Assembly (NCBI GenBank): GCA_050230475.1
Contig: JBFLGF010000087.1
Span: forward strand, 1-64,000
Direction: 5' to 3'
Origin: Ancylonema sp.
Lineage: Eukaryota
DNA: 64,000 bases
The notes beneath the pieces were generated by a model. It made no database searches and was not told where the DNA came from. It saw nothing but the letters and a program-made list of their open reading frames with translations. Each line of letters begins with the position of its first letter. Positions within the stretch are counted from its first letter, which is position 1. Positions 49,128 through 62,365 of the stretch are shown here, piece after piece. The position numbers were made by a program, and so were the translations under genes.

Positions 49128-49838
49128 TAGGATCGAGACTTTTGAGGCGGCCGTAACGAGCCCAAGTATTCGGTTGTGACTGCGTCGGCTTAGTACGCTG
49201 CTTCTTATAAATTGCATTTATTGCTAGTAGCTATTGCTCACTCGCTCACACTGGGCTGACACCAAACGCATCAAGTGTGTTCTTGCGCAGTCCAGGACTG
49301 GTTGTGCTTACATGACAACAAAATTGTTGAGTGATAAATATGTGATATTATTATTATAATGGACGCCTCTGCACCCATAGTGCAGCTGTGTCGTTCTTGC
49401 GAAAAAAAGGTCATGAAACAGGAGTGTTCTCATCTTCTTTCCTATCTTCTTCGCTATTTAACCGAAAGTATGACTCAAAAGATCACGACATGTCCACGTC
49501 CGCATGTCAATGATGCGTGAGTGGGTAACATTTGCCACCGTTCATTTCGAACGAAGTGCCTCTGCAGATCTAACCTACCTTCGGCTCCTATTCACACAAC
49601 CTACCAATACACACCTCCTCAAAAATTTAACATAACAATCAACATCCAGGCATTTGTATCGGTACCTCATGTGTCCTATATACTGATTGGTAGATGACTG
49701 CACATAGACAAAAAAAATATTGTAGCCCCTTTCTAAACTGCATCCTACTGTCACTCCCCCACCTGTCATCCAGGCTTTCAGCTGGTTCTCAAGACTGCAC
49801 ATATAGATGTAGAAGAGATACCCCTCCTAGATCCCTCT

Positions 49839-52800
49839 CTATAAATACTGCGGCTTGCCACTGGGTTTTTCCCTGAGTGTCCTGGCCAGATTGTCCAGTG
49901 CCTTTTTCTTGTTCATCATCTTTGCATTTCTACCCACAACCCCTCCAAAAAGGCTGTTTGTGTCAGCAGGATCCTGCAGGGGTGGACCAAAAAAGGGGCA
50001 GATATGATGTCAGCACATATGTCTCCCCTCCAGTTTTTCCAAAACAACGACAGATTTGCACTGTCTTCCCCCCCCCTCATAATTCTTGACCCAGTCCACC
50101 CACCGCACCCCAGCCCCTTCCCCCACCCCCCACCCTCCCTCACCCCTCACCTTGAATTTATCGCACACAGCGATCACCATCTCGTCCTCCAGCGCAAAAT
50201 AATTCCGTTCCTTTACCGGCCGCGATGTGTAGTGCTCTGGCTGGTTGCTGAGGAGCAGGTTGACGAGCTGCTTAGCTGTCGCCAGGTGGGACCTTAGGGG
50301 GGTCGACCCCGGGATCAAACTCAGTCCGCTGCTGACGTACTGCACAAGGCGAAGGGGGCGAAGCATCCAGGTGTGATCATAGGCTCGAAATCAGTTGCTA
50401 AGAGGGAGCCACTTATACACAAAATGTGGAGATGACATGACAGTCATCACGTCTTCAGTACAGTCGAATCTTAATTATTGCCACATCTTCATTGTAGTCA
50501 CATCTTCATTGTAGTCACATCTTCATTACAGTCACATCTTCATTGTAGTCACATCTTCATTATAGTCACAGGTTGTTGCTCACATATTGCGATGAGTGAC
50601 TGATACTGTTTAGAATTGCATGAGGATAATTATTTTGCTTCCATCTCACATCTGCTTTGTAAATCTATCTCTACATCCACCATCTCTCTTCCCTTTCTAC
50701 GATAAAGGGAGGAAGGAGGAAAAGTAAAAATGATCCGCTGACTGTCTGCATGCCCCCCACCTGTTCGTCTGCAAACGCCTCCAGCTCTTCCAGGTCTGTT
50801 GCTAGCCCCTGAATGGCAAAAAGATTGAATCTGCGCGGCTCCGGACCGCACAGAGCGCCAACCAGGCGGTCGCGGATGTGCCTCACCATGCCGCTGCTCA
50901 CCTGAGGACACCTCAGCAGGGCCAGGTCAGCACGCCAGATCAGCGCTGTGAAAACGCCGGGTCAACCTGACTACCAAAATTAAACAATGACAAAACAAAA
51001 AGGTCCCCAGAAACCCTGACTGACAAACGGTGGGAGGGAAGCTGATGAGATGTGGAGCACCGCTCACCTTCTCAAATGCTTCCAACGGCAGCAGCTGGCG
51101 AGCCGTTTCCATCATCGTTTCCAGATAGATCCGCAGATCGATGACGTAATCGTGGCCGTTCTGTCAGGTGGAACAAACAGAGCAGACAGAGCACCTGAAT
51201 CCAGCTGTCCGTCCACAAAACACAAACAGGATCCCCTACCACACCATCCCCCACTCGGCCCCCAAGTCCTTTCGCTTTCGCTTTCACGCAGCCACACGGG
51301 AGGCAGCACTACCCTGAGCGACTCTTTCGACGAATACGATTCACGAGCATATGAATCCAAACCTTCTGCACTTTGCTTAGAAGTTAGAACTTATCTTCTC
51401 TCTTGTCTGTTCAGAGTTTACGGAGTCAAGGTGTAGGGTTTGGGGTTTGGGGTTCACGACCGACTCCAATCAGCCAACTTCGATCCCCCAAACCTTCTTC
51501 CCCTTTTTTTCCTTTCCCCCCTCTCTCCTAGTTCCGTTTTCCCGTTTTCCCTTCTTCCCTTTTCCCTGTTTCCCATTTCCCCTTTTCCCCATTTCCCCTT
51601 TTCCCCATTTCCCCTTTTCCACTTTTCCCCTTTTCCCCTTCATCCCCTTCCACTTGTAAACCTTCGCGTCTTTTCATTCCTCTCCTTTCAACTCATAAGC
51701 CTTCAAGCCTTCAAGCATTCAAGCCTTCAAGCCTTCAAGCCTTCAAGCCTTCAAGTCTTCAAGTCTTCAAGTCCTCAATTTTCGGTTTTTATTCTCCAGT
51801 GCTGCGTATCAGACTTCGAGTTCCAAGCTCTGTGACTGGTTCCCTGTTCTACACCCATACCATGGGCGCCTCCGACGCCATCCACACGATCTGCTCCTGC
51901 GGCGCCATCATGTCCTCGATCTTCGAGTTCACCAACTTGAGCATGGTGTCATACGCGATCAGCTGAGAGTCGCGGAGCACCGACCTGCTCCCCCCCTCCG
52001 AGTGGGCATGGATGAATGGATGAACGCGTGTGGGCATTCCACACCGTTTGGATGGTGAGCCGCACACCAGAGAGGGTCTCACATGAAGCTGCAGACTGCC
52101 GTTGCGCATCAACACATCCCCATACTCTACACAGTCATGCAGATAAGGATACAGATACAGGATACAGACCCACATACATACACATACGCTCCCCGTCAGA
52201 ATATGCTCTACACTCTCATCCTCTTCCTCTCCCTCTCTCTCCCCCCCTCTCCCTCTCTCCCTCTCTCCCTCTCTCCCCCTCCCCCTCTCTCCCTCTCTTT
52301 CCACCTCTCTCATCGTCATCATCTTTTGCGCAGAGGTGCATGCGGGTCTCATGCCTCCATCCTCTGTCGGGTGCCAGTGCTCACTTGGATGCCAGCCCCC
52401 GGTGAGCCCTCTCCACCAATCGCGCGGGAATCCCGCACAGTTTCGCCGCATGCTGAGCGAAAAAGGTGCAGGCGCGCTCCAGCACCGTCATGTTGGCAGC
52501 GATCTGCCCAACCGACAACCCCCACCCTCCCACCCCTTCACCATCCCATCCCATCCCATCACCACCCTCTCCTTCTCTATCTCCCTCCACCCTCTATCCC
52601 CTTCCGCCTCAATGCAGTCCTCAGAAGTGAAACCTCGAATGACACCCTGAGACATGATTACTTATTCGTTTTGGGGGGTACCTGCATGGCATGCGACACT
52701 GCCAGCGTGGGCGTGTGGATGATTTTGAGCATAGCGGCGTTGAGGACGTCCGTGAGCAGACGGTCGAGGTACTTCTTCACGGCGTCGTATTGGTCCATCT

Positions 52801-55695
52801 GGCCGCTGTGCTGGAGGAACGACACGGACGCGTCGATGAAGGAGCGCACGATGCGGCAGCACTCAGGGACAGTGGCAGAGAAGGGGGCGATGTAGGGGAA
52901 GGCGGGCATGATGTCGGTGCTCTGGATGTGGAAGGCGAGGACGTTCATGCTGTACTCGTACTCCTTGCGCATCACCATCTGCTCGAATTTGTCGTTGGCG
53001 AGCGTGTCGTTCATCTGGCGCAGGCTGTCGGCCAGCAGGAGGTCGTGGTACTGGTCGCGCATCAGATCGAGGACGTCCAACACGGGTTGCACCTGACAGG
53101 TGGCGGTTGCGCAGGAGAAAACGTTAGAGGGAGATGGGGGACAGAGGAGGACCGGAATAGAAGAATGAGATGCGTTACCCATGTATGCATGAATGTACAT
53201 GTGGATGTGGATGTATGTGTTTATGCCTGTATGCATTTATATCATTGTGTATGCATGTATGTATACAGTTATGTATGCATGTTTGTATGAATGGATGAAT
53301 ATACATATACAGACGTATATGGATGTAAGGATGTTTGTATGTATATGTGTGTGTATGTGTGTTTGCATACATGTGTGATATAAATGTGTATGTATACATG
53401 TATGTATACATGTATGTATGTATGTATGTATGTATGTGTGTATGTATGTATGTATGTGTGTATGTGTATATGTGTGTATGTGTGTATGTGTGTATGTTTG
53501 TATGTGTGTATGTATGTGTGTATGTTTGTATGTGTGTATGTATGTACGTATGCATGTATGTTGTAATCACCTGGAATCCGTATCTCCTGAGACTGGCGCA
53601 CAGCAGAGTGACGTCGTCCTTCACCAGTAGCATGTGCTGGCTGGTGGCCATGCGCGCAAACTGCTCCTGCATCACCCCGCGGATCACGCCGATGGCAATC
53701 TCCCACAAGTTGTCCACCTGCACCCGCACCCCGCCGTAACTGTCACTGCAGAACCGCATAACCGCATGACCGCATGACCGCATGACCGCATAATTGCGTG
53801 ACTGTGTTAGCACCTGTGAGAGCACAGAGCAGAGGGTGGAGGGGAGGCATACCTGGGTGGAGGTGATGAGTCCGCCTGCTGTGCGCATCACCGTGTCCTC
53901 CACGATGAAGAAGCCAGCCACTTGAGCGCAGTAATGGTTGAAGGCTTGGGGGACAAACTGGAGGTAGAGGAGGGGAGAAGAGGGAGGAAGGTTTCAGAAT
54001 CTTTCGTACACAGAAAGAGGCCAAATGGAGTGACTCAAAAAATACCCATTCCAGCACTGATTACAGCTCCTCACAGGCATCACTTCCTCCCCGCCTTCTC
54101 ATCTACCTGCCCCCATCCCCATCCCCACCCCCACCCTCCCCGTTTGCCCCCACCTGCCCGGACGTGAACTGCAGGTCTGAGTTGAGCTGCAACTTGCGGT
54201 TGTCGTAGTAGTACTCCCGGAAGGCGTCCCGGAGGCCAAGGCAGGTGTGGATGTAGTGCGCGCGGTACACGGGGGTCACGTCGAACTTCACCTCCGACCC
54301 CTCCTCCTCCGCGTCCTCCACCTCCAGAATGTACGACACCGCTTTCTGGCCGGCTCGGGTCTGCCACCCGAGGCCAAAGAAGAGGAGAGGATTTGAAAAA
54401 TGGAACGCTGATGGCGAGATTCGAGGGGGTTCCGGGAGCTCTGAACCTTAACTCACCTGCTCCTCTGCCTGCCTCTGCCTCTCCCCCAGCTCCACCTCCC
54501 TCTGTCGGGCAGAGGATGCCTGGCCCACCGCCTGTTTGCCGATGTCTTTGGCGATGCTGCGGATGTGCACCAACCAGTCAGAGAATTCCACATTCACTTT
54601 GCGCTCGATGTGGGCGCGGCAGATGGGGATCTGACGCTCCACGTAGCGCCTCAGGATTCGGGCGGGGATGTTGCGGAGGTGGTCCCGTTCGATGAGGTCT
54701 AACGTTTTGAGGGCTTGGTAGTAGCTGTTGGCTCCTATGGCTTCGTTCACTTTGGCGCAGAGATCCAGAACCAATTTGCACTTCTTCAGCTGCTCGATGG
54801 CGTCTGCCAGATTCGTTTTCACGCCGTGAGCTTCGATGAGCTCTTCCAATTTTCGGAGGAGAGCGGACCCCACCTCCTGCATCTCCACATTCTGCATGTT
54901 CAAGCCGTGCTTCAGCTCGTCTGCGTCCACCAGCACGTAACGAAGCTCGTCTACGGCATGTATGAATTCCTCGTAGTGCACTTTGCACAGCTCCTCAATC
55001 TCCACCTCCTTCTTCTTTGAGAAACTGCGCAGCTGGAGGGGGGGGAGAGGAAGCAGGCAGGGGAGTTGCAGTGTACGAAAGAAAGGGTCGGACAAGTGTG
55101 GTGAAGCGGAAACAGGGAACAATCAGGGAGAGGTCAAGGTGACACAGGGTAAGAGATGGGGTGGTGGCTGTTTCTTCATCCGACAAAAATGTATGTTCAA
55201 TTGTCAGAAATTGCATGTTGTATTGTCTGCATTCAACATACGCCAGTCCAGGGATACATGGAATGCAGGGGCACTCAGAGGTTGTTCCCTGGGAGTTCGG
55301 ACATCGGCGTAGCAGTTGAAGCAAGTTGTTTGGAAGCGGACTGATTTTTCGCCTGCAGTAAGTGGGTCGCCTGCCATCCTGTAAACTGATTCGATATAGG
55401 CACGTGGAACCTGGATGCATGTGACCTTGCCCTGCTGTAGGCAGGTCTTATGAAGAAATGAATACAGGAGGCGACCTTGTTTTATGCGCACCTGATGCAG
55501 GAGGGCATCCGGCTGGCCAGCCTCAAACGCCGCCCTGATATGCGGCCCAATATCTTCCCCATTAGCTATGCATGACGCCAGTGTAGCATCATCCACCACG
55601 AAATGCATGTTACCGTTCCCATTATCTTTGGATGAGACAATTGTTGACCGAAACCGGGTGGCCTGACGGGTAATTTGGGGCTGCGACGCGGCCAT
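49839..55695 (-). CDS. SEC15: Exocyst complex component SEC15 (EXOC6), ~12 exons; first 55695-55492, second 55032-54457, last 49973-49839
   Basis: IANGEDIGPHIRAAFEAG, KKKEVEIEELCKVHYEEFIHAVDELR, YYYDNRKLQLNSDL, AGFFIVED, AFHIQSTDIMPAFPYIAPFSATVPECCRIVRSFI, QLVNLLLSNQPE and KKALDNLARTL. Confidence 0.96.
50481..50570. repeat. 17-mer minisatellite (TGTAGTCACATCTTCAT) x~5 in a SEC15 intron
   Basis: Read directly from the sequence. Confidence 0.9.
51480..51775. repeat. Intronic pyrimidine-rich (TTCCCC-like) tract followed by (CCTTCAAG)n
   Basis: Read directly from the sequence. Confidence 0.85.
53180..53560. repeat. (TATG/TG)n compound microsatellite filling a SEC15 intron
   Basis: Read directly; explains the MYVCV and THTY ORFs. 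Confidence 0.92.
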
Positions 55696-57064
55696 TTTGT
55701 CGACTTAGGCGTCAGTAGTTGGGCGTCAATAAAATGTGAAGTGCGTTCATTGCCTACTTCTGCTGGCGCAATGCATCCCCAACGACGCACAGTAGCCGAG
55801 CGATGGCAGCGCAGGCACACAAACTTACGGAACTGAACAATGCAGATATTCTGGTCCCGGCAAAGTTACCACGAAAAACTATGTCTGGTGTCCTCACGGC
55901 TCCTTATGCATACACACTCATCAACAAGCTTGTGTGCTTTTACAAAGACGAGTGACAGTGGCGCAGCACACATCTATGCCTAGTTGAAAGTTGTGCAAAG
56001 ACGAAAGTTGTCCGTATCTTTATCCTGTTACACTGTGGTTCTCGAGAGCGTTTTTTGCGGGATTCACTTCGGCAAGGGTTGGATTAATCCAGCCACGTGT
56101 GGACTCGTTTACGGTAAGTACAGTTTACTTTGAAATCCCTTCATAAACTGGAAACTCTTACAGTAGAACTAACAGTACAGGTCAGTGAGGAAAAAACAGT
56201 TACTCTGCGTCACAAAACTTCTGCAACTCAGGATTACGACAAACGTCAGGAGCAGCCGTCTGAATCGGACGGTTTCCGGCGGTCCGACACCGACACCGTC
56301 CGGAAGTAGCCGGCCGGAAAGGTGTTCGGAAACCAGCTTCCCGCCTGTATTTCTCTGAGACCCAGGGTTGTGTCCCACCCGCCCGAATCAATCGGGTGCG
56401 GATAGACGGCTGGCCCACGCCCGCGGGAGGGGGATTGTCCAGCCATGGTGAGGGGGGTCCGCCCGCGGGAAAGAGATTTCCAGCCGCAGCTAGTAAAAGG
56501 ACATAGCCACAGCTGGGAAGGTAGAAATCGGGTGGCTACTGTCTCGCATTATAAGCACATTATGTCGTTTTGGCCAACGACGCATATGTGTTTGTGTACC
56601 GTAATGACCGAATTTAATGTCCCACTTTTTATTAAGGTAATTATTTAACGATAACCCCTGAACCTGAAAAAAACCCAAAATACAAAAAATAAATATTAAA
56701 ATCATACAAAAATCCAGAAACCGATGATTTTTTTAATTTTTTTTTAACATTTATAATTTCACGGCATATATTTGTATATATTTTATACAAATCAATTGTT
56801 GAGCACGTTTTGCAAAATTTTGATTTGTGGTCTTGGCTTAATCTGTATCTCTGTAATCATGTATCCGGGCTATTTTCGGCAAAAACCCCGAGTGCCAACA
56901 GGATGCTTTACTGATCATCAGAATCGAAAAAAAAAATGTACCGCCTGCGCAGTAAGGCCGAGGTGATTGGCGTGGGTAATGATTATATGACGTACTTATC
57001 AAGCGCTGTTTACATTCTTGTTTGACCGAGCCGCATTTAGGCATCAGCAGCCTGAGACGAAGTT

Positions 57065-58709
57065 ATGGCGAGAGTCGCATGTACACCATACACCATGCAT
57101 AAACTTGACGTGATAACGGGGTCTCCTTCGTTATTCGACAGCGCTTCCAGGAGCACCTACCGTGTATCGGGTACTGGTTTGCGTGTAGATGCCCGATGTG
57201 CCACACTTGGAGGCACCTCCGATTTTCCTTTCTCTGTCCGAAGTGATTTTTCTGGGAGCTTATTGGGCTTGAAAACTCCAATTTCCTACAGATGTAATTC
57301 GTCCGTCGGGTTACAGCATTCCACCAGACCTGACTATGCCTTACCTAGACCAATTACCAGATGCGATATCACTGAAGAGATCGACCGTGAGCAACTTAAA
57401 GTTGCAGAACGGAGAAGAAAACCGTTAGAAGAGCTGTACAACATCAAAGTGGAGCGCCAGGTTTCAGAGGAGCGGCTTAAGGTGCCACGAAAGGGCATTG
57501 TGATGGGGAGAAAATTATAGAATCCTGAAGTCTGAACTCTTATCCGGCTGTCTTGCTGAATACTGGCTGGCTGAATGGAGACTGCGACTTTGAAGTAGTT
57601 GTTAATTTGGAGTGCAGCAAAATGTAACTCAGCAGTGCAGTCTGCAGGGCTTGCTCAGGTTGAGGATGTGGCCAACGTCATGAAGCAAGTTATGAAGAAT
57701 CCCTGGACTTGAATAAATAGGCCGCATGTACCAGCCAACTTTTTGGATTCAGTTACCTCCAGGGATGCGTTGCTCCTGTCATTGGGCTTTGAAAAGTCAA
57801 ATATGAATAACCGTATCCGGTACACCTCCTGGCAGGACCTTGGTACGGACTCTTGGTCTATATGGAAGACCCTTCCCTGCACCGATGTTTGGGACTTCAT
57901 GGTCAACGAACGGATCTTGGTCACTCAGGGAGCTTTACATGTGAAACCATTTGTGAGTAACTGACGCACTTTCTATCCAGGCTAAAACACTGAATCAATA
58001 CACGCCTTTGTTTTTGTCTATATCTGAGGTGATTATACACAGACGTCACAATGGCCGGTGTGGCATAATTTTTTCAGAGTGTTGGTCGGACTGAACTGAA
58101 TAGAATTTGTCATCAAATTTTGCGCCATGACACGTGCCGTGAGATTGTATATATATACCCACTACACTCACTATACTCATTACAGTCACTACACTCACTG
58201 TACTCACTGTACCCACTATAGTCACAATACTCACAATACTCACTATAGTCACTACAATCGCTCCCTGTATCTAGTGCAACATAGCAGAGTTTACGACTCA
58301 ATTCACGTTTCCTATGTGTGTCGCCTCTTTCCGAATGCACTTGCCTTGTCGAATCCGAAAAGAGTATGAATGACAAGAGGGTGGTTGGTTGAAATTTCAA
58401 TCACGCTCACAAGTTGCTTCAGGGAAAAAACTAGACATCCATCTAAACTTGTGTGTTGTCATGTAGTCTGTACGTTGTGTGGGCAATGTGCACCTCTCTC
58501 TTCCTCCTTGTGGTACCTTTGTATGGATCTAGAATGTGTTGTACGTGATGTATTGCGAAGTGCACGAATTGATGCAGGAAGGGAGTCGGGAGATAGTTCT
58601 ACAAGCAGGCGATCTGGTTTTGTTCCCAAAATGGCTAGTGGTAGAAGTAGCTTACAGAGGCGAATACGAACAAAGGTACAAGTATTATGCATATGGGGAT
58701 GACATGTAG
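57065..58709 (+). CDS. PTAC18: pTAC18-like plastid cupin (Cupin_3) with transit peptide, copy 1; exons 57065-57481, 57836-57952, 58578-58709
   Basis: KPLEELYNIKVERQVSEERLK|DLG..SWSIWKT..C...WD...|EGSR....AGDLVLFPKWL...EQRYKYYAYGDDM matches the remembered pTAC18 pattern; S/T/R-rich N-terminus. Confidence 0.88.
58158..58256. repeat. 9-mer (CACTATACT/CACTATAGT)n intronic minisatellite; shorter array at 63450-63514
   Basis: Copy number differs between the two pTAC18 copies. Confidence 0.85.
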
Positions 58710-61700
58710 CTTGTTTGCTTGCTTTTGGTAACAATTTAAATCGGTTATTGATTGCGTCATGTGGAGGACAAAGATGATTGTGATAATAACTATGGTGTGA
58801 GAGTGGGAGCCTATGATCCTAATGTCGACAAGATGACACATGGAATTGATTGGTCTGGTTTTCTAACAATCAATTTTCTTCATCTTTTCGACACAAAATT
58901 CATTCGGCCTCTTGTTTGAAATATCAAACTGCATGGGCAGTATTTTTGCGAAGTAATTGCCGCCTCGACAATCCATACCTCAATTTTTTTTTGATTAAAG
59001 GGTCGAAAACTCGGCGGAAAAGGATAAATAAAAGTTTTTAATTGATCAGAAAGTGCTTGCCTTTCTAGTCTGCCACATTGCCTCATTGGCATTTTTGGAG
59101 TTTGTGATCATATGTTATTCGGCTTGTTGTTGTTCAAAATTCTAATAATGGGAACACTTCTAGTCTCGTGAAGACCTCAAAATTAGTTACACATGTTTGG
59201 ATTATCTACATACCCGTTTACAATATACCCGTTTTTCATATACAATTGCGCAGAGGTGGGTAAATACATTTTTGAACACACATGAAAAGTGTTTTATGAG
59301 GTGAGGGGTGTGTGAGGTGTTCATGTGGTACGAGCATAATCCCACACACGCGGATTGGCACATGTGAGGCGGCATATGGTATTTAAAATAGTCTGTACGT
59401 TTGGGTAGAGGGGCCGTGTTCGTTAGAGCGATGGCATTGCACGTGTGGGTGTGCACGATGCTAAATAGCTATATCTAATATGGGAAATTGAAGAGGAAGC
59501 ATCGTTGGGGGCTCTTTCGTGCTCGATTGCCACATCTTCCATATTTAGCACAAATACCAAATTCGCCACAACCGTAGTAAGTTCTGACGCGAAACTACTT
59601 GCGCCAATACCGCCTGCACCAGTTCTTGATTGCAACCGGCGGCGCAATCCGCCATATAGGCACACGGTCATATATGGACCGACAATTAAAAAAATACATT
59701 TTACACCGAATCTTTCCAATTGGATCACGGTTTAATCATTGTAGTTACCCTAATTCATTGGTCGAGGTTACATAATTTCAAAAAAAATCCTGTGCATCAA
59801 TATCGCAGGGCTGTACGGTATGTTTATGTGGATGTTTTTAGCAAGAATTGTGGCGGGGGTATGGTAATAATCCCGACAAGTACGGGAGTAGTGGCATCGT
59901 TGTCACCGCGACACCGCAACAAGGTAGGTCGATGGTTCGTTTCCCATGTCCTCTTTCGGAGGCAAGGCATTTTTACGTCCATAAGTCCACTCCGCAAAAG
60001 GTAAACCCTAGCGGATCGCGTTTTATATCGCATAGACCGCGGTCTGCTGCTCTTGATTGCAGTCTCAAAACCACTTTCAGCGGCCCGCGCAACTAAACTC
60101 CCAGTGACTCTTACATGATAAGAATCTTTGAGAAGTTGAATTTTAATGTTTGTTGTAAACACCATCCAACAACTAGAGGCTCACATGCTCACCACATCTT
60201 TTCCGTCATGCCTAAAGTAATCGTTTGTAACTTTACGCGTATTTACGCGTATTTACGTGTTCCGTTGTTTATAGCACAATTTTGCTTTTTTATCGAGTGC
60301 TTATAAAAAATTGTGCTTGTTTAGTTCCTTTCACGCGATTCCCTAGATGCGTGTCTTAGGGTGTGTTTAGCGTATACGAGACCCACTGCATTGTCCCCGT
60401 CCACGAATTGTTGATAGAGTTGTATTGTCTTGTCGACATCAACTCCATGCAGCTTAAATGTTGTCAGATCCATCAATATTTGTAATAGACATGATGCATT
60501 CCTCCTCGTCACCTCACATCGGAAGTTATCGGTTAAGTCCTAGCTGTCACATATCTTTTACATATCCGATCCAAGATGGTGATGGTGTCTTTGTCAAGCA
60601 CCACGTGTAGTCATCCATAAATCATGTCACATCCTTACAACTCGTACCTTTCGCTTCGAGTTACGCTTCTACGAATTCCGTGCTTGGCAAATCTGGTCCC
60701 TNAACCGAATTCACATCAATATGCTTAATTACCCCAAATCTGGGGTAACCAATTATCAGTGATTCCCGAGGTCTGCAAGGACCGAATGAGGTCCTTGCAC
60801 AGAAGGTACATGGTATGTAGTGTCCCGAGCCAGAGTAGCAAGCGAACCCCCACGAAGATAGCAATCTAATCACCGCCGCCTGAACGACATTTAGCCGACA
60901 CGTTCAGGGAGGCTGACTTTGTCTTCTACACAATCACCGGCTTAACACATAGGCTAGATGATCGGTACTGTACCGTGTCCCACACTACACGTTACTAAAA
61001 CACTCAATCATTATTCTGGACCTGACCATTGTCGGTACAGTTCTCACTATTACGCCTTTCGCGTCTTGCCGTCTACGTATAATAACACTTAGTATGGTGG
61101 ATAAGCTTAACGTGACTCGGAGGTCAGACACCTCTGCCGCACGCGTCACCGACACGTGATCGTCTTCATGAACAGCGAGCGGTGGATGCGGCTACGACCG
61201 CGGTGGTTGCCGCTCGCTATCATAGTGACCGGCGCCGTGGGTGGCGCGCATTCATTGTTTCATCATTGCGCCCGTACTTGATTGAATTACAATGATTTTT
61301 CTAACACGTGCTAAATACCGACGTGAAATAGAGGTACCCCCGCGGGTGCGTACCGTATTCCGTTCGACGTGAGGTATTCGTTCTACATGTTATATTCCGT
61401 TATAGGCACAATTCAGGATATAATTGTCCGTGCCTATTCCACTCTATATTGTACTATATAGGCACACGAGCTATTATGGACTGACACCGGTGATAAAAGG
61501 CACGACACCCGCCATGGTCGGAAAATGCTCGCCGGGCGCAGTTGCGCTGGAACAGATGAGTTCCTTTGAGACAACAACGCACCATACGTCTCGATGGTGA
61601 TTCTTCTCTTTTGAAATAGAAAACTTATGCAACTCAAAATTACGACAAACGTTAGGAGCAGCGGTCTGAATCGGACGGTTTTCGGCGGTCTGACACCGAC

Positions 61701-62365
61701 AACGTCCGGAAGTAGCCGGCCGGAAAGGTGTTCGGAAACCAGCTCCCCGCCTGTATTTCTCTGAGACCCAGGGTTGTGCCCCATCCGTCCGAATCAATCG
61801 GGCGCGGGTGGGCGGTGGCCCACATCCGCGGGAGGGGGATTGTCCAGCCGTGGTGAGGGGGGTCCGTCCGCGGAAAAGAGATTGCCAGCTGCAGCTGGGA
61901 GGGTGGGAATCGGGTCGCTACTGTCTCGCATTATCAGCACATTACGTCGTTTTTATCAACGACGTATATGTGTTTGTGTACCGTTATGACCGAATTTAAT
62001 TACCCACTTTTTTTAAAGGTAATGATTCAACGATTACCCCTGAACCTGAAAAAAACCCGCAATACAAAAATGAATACAAAAATTTAAAAACTGATGAAAA
62101 ATAATAATTGTTATTTACCATTTATAATTTCCCGGTGTTCGTATATTTTATACAAATCAATTGTTGAGCACGATTTGCAAAAACCCCGAGTGCCCCAACA
62201 GGATGCTATACTGGTCATCAGAATCAAGTGGAACATTTTACCGCCTGCGCAGCAAGGCCGAGGTGATTGGCGTGGATAATGAATTCATGACTTACTTACT
62301 CATGCGCTGTGTGCTCCGTCGACTGACCGTGCCGCAATCAGGCATCAGCAGCCCGAGACGAAGTT

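Noticed and set aside
59700..61400. ORFs of 60-113 aa and a GC hairpin at 61173-61218 (Helitron end or ncRNA?)
   Set aside because: No family motif, no CTRR terminus after the hairpin, and the region contains an N join.
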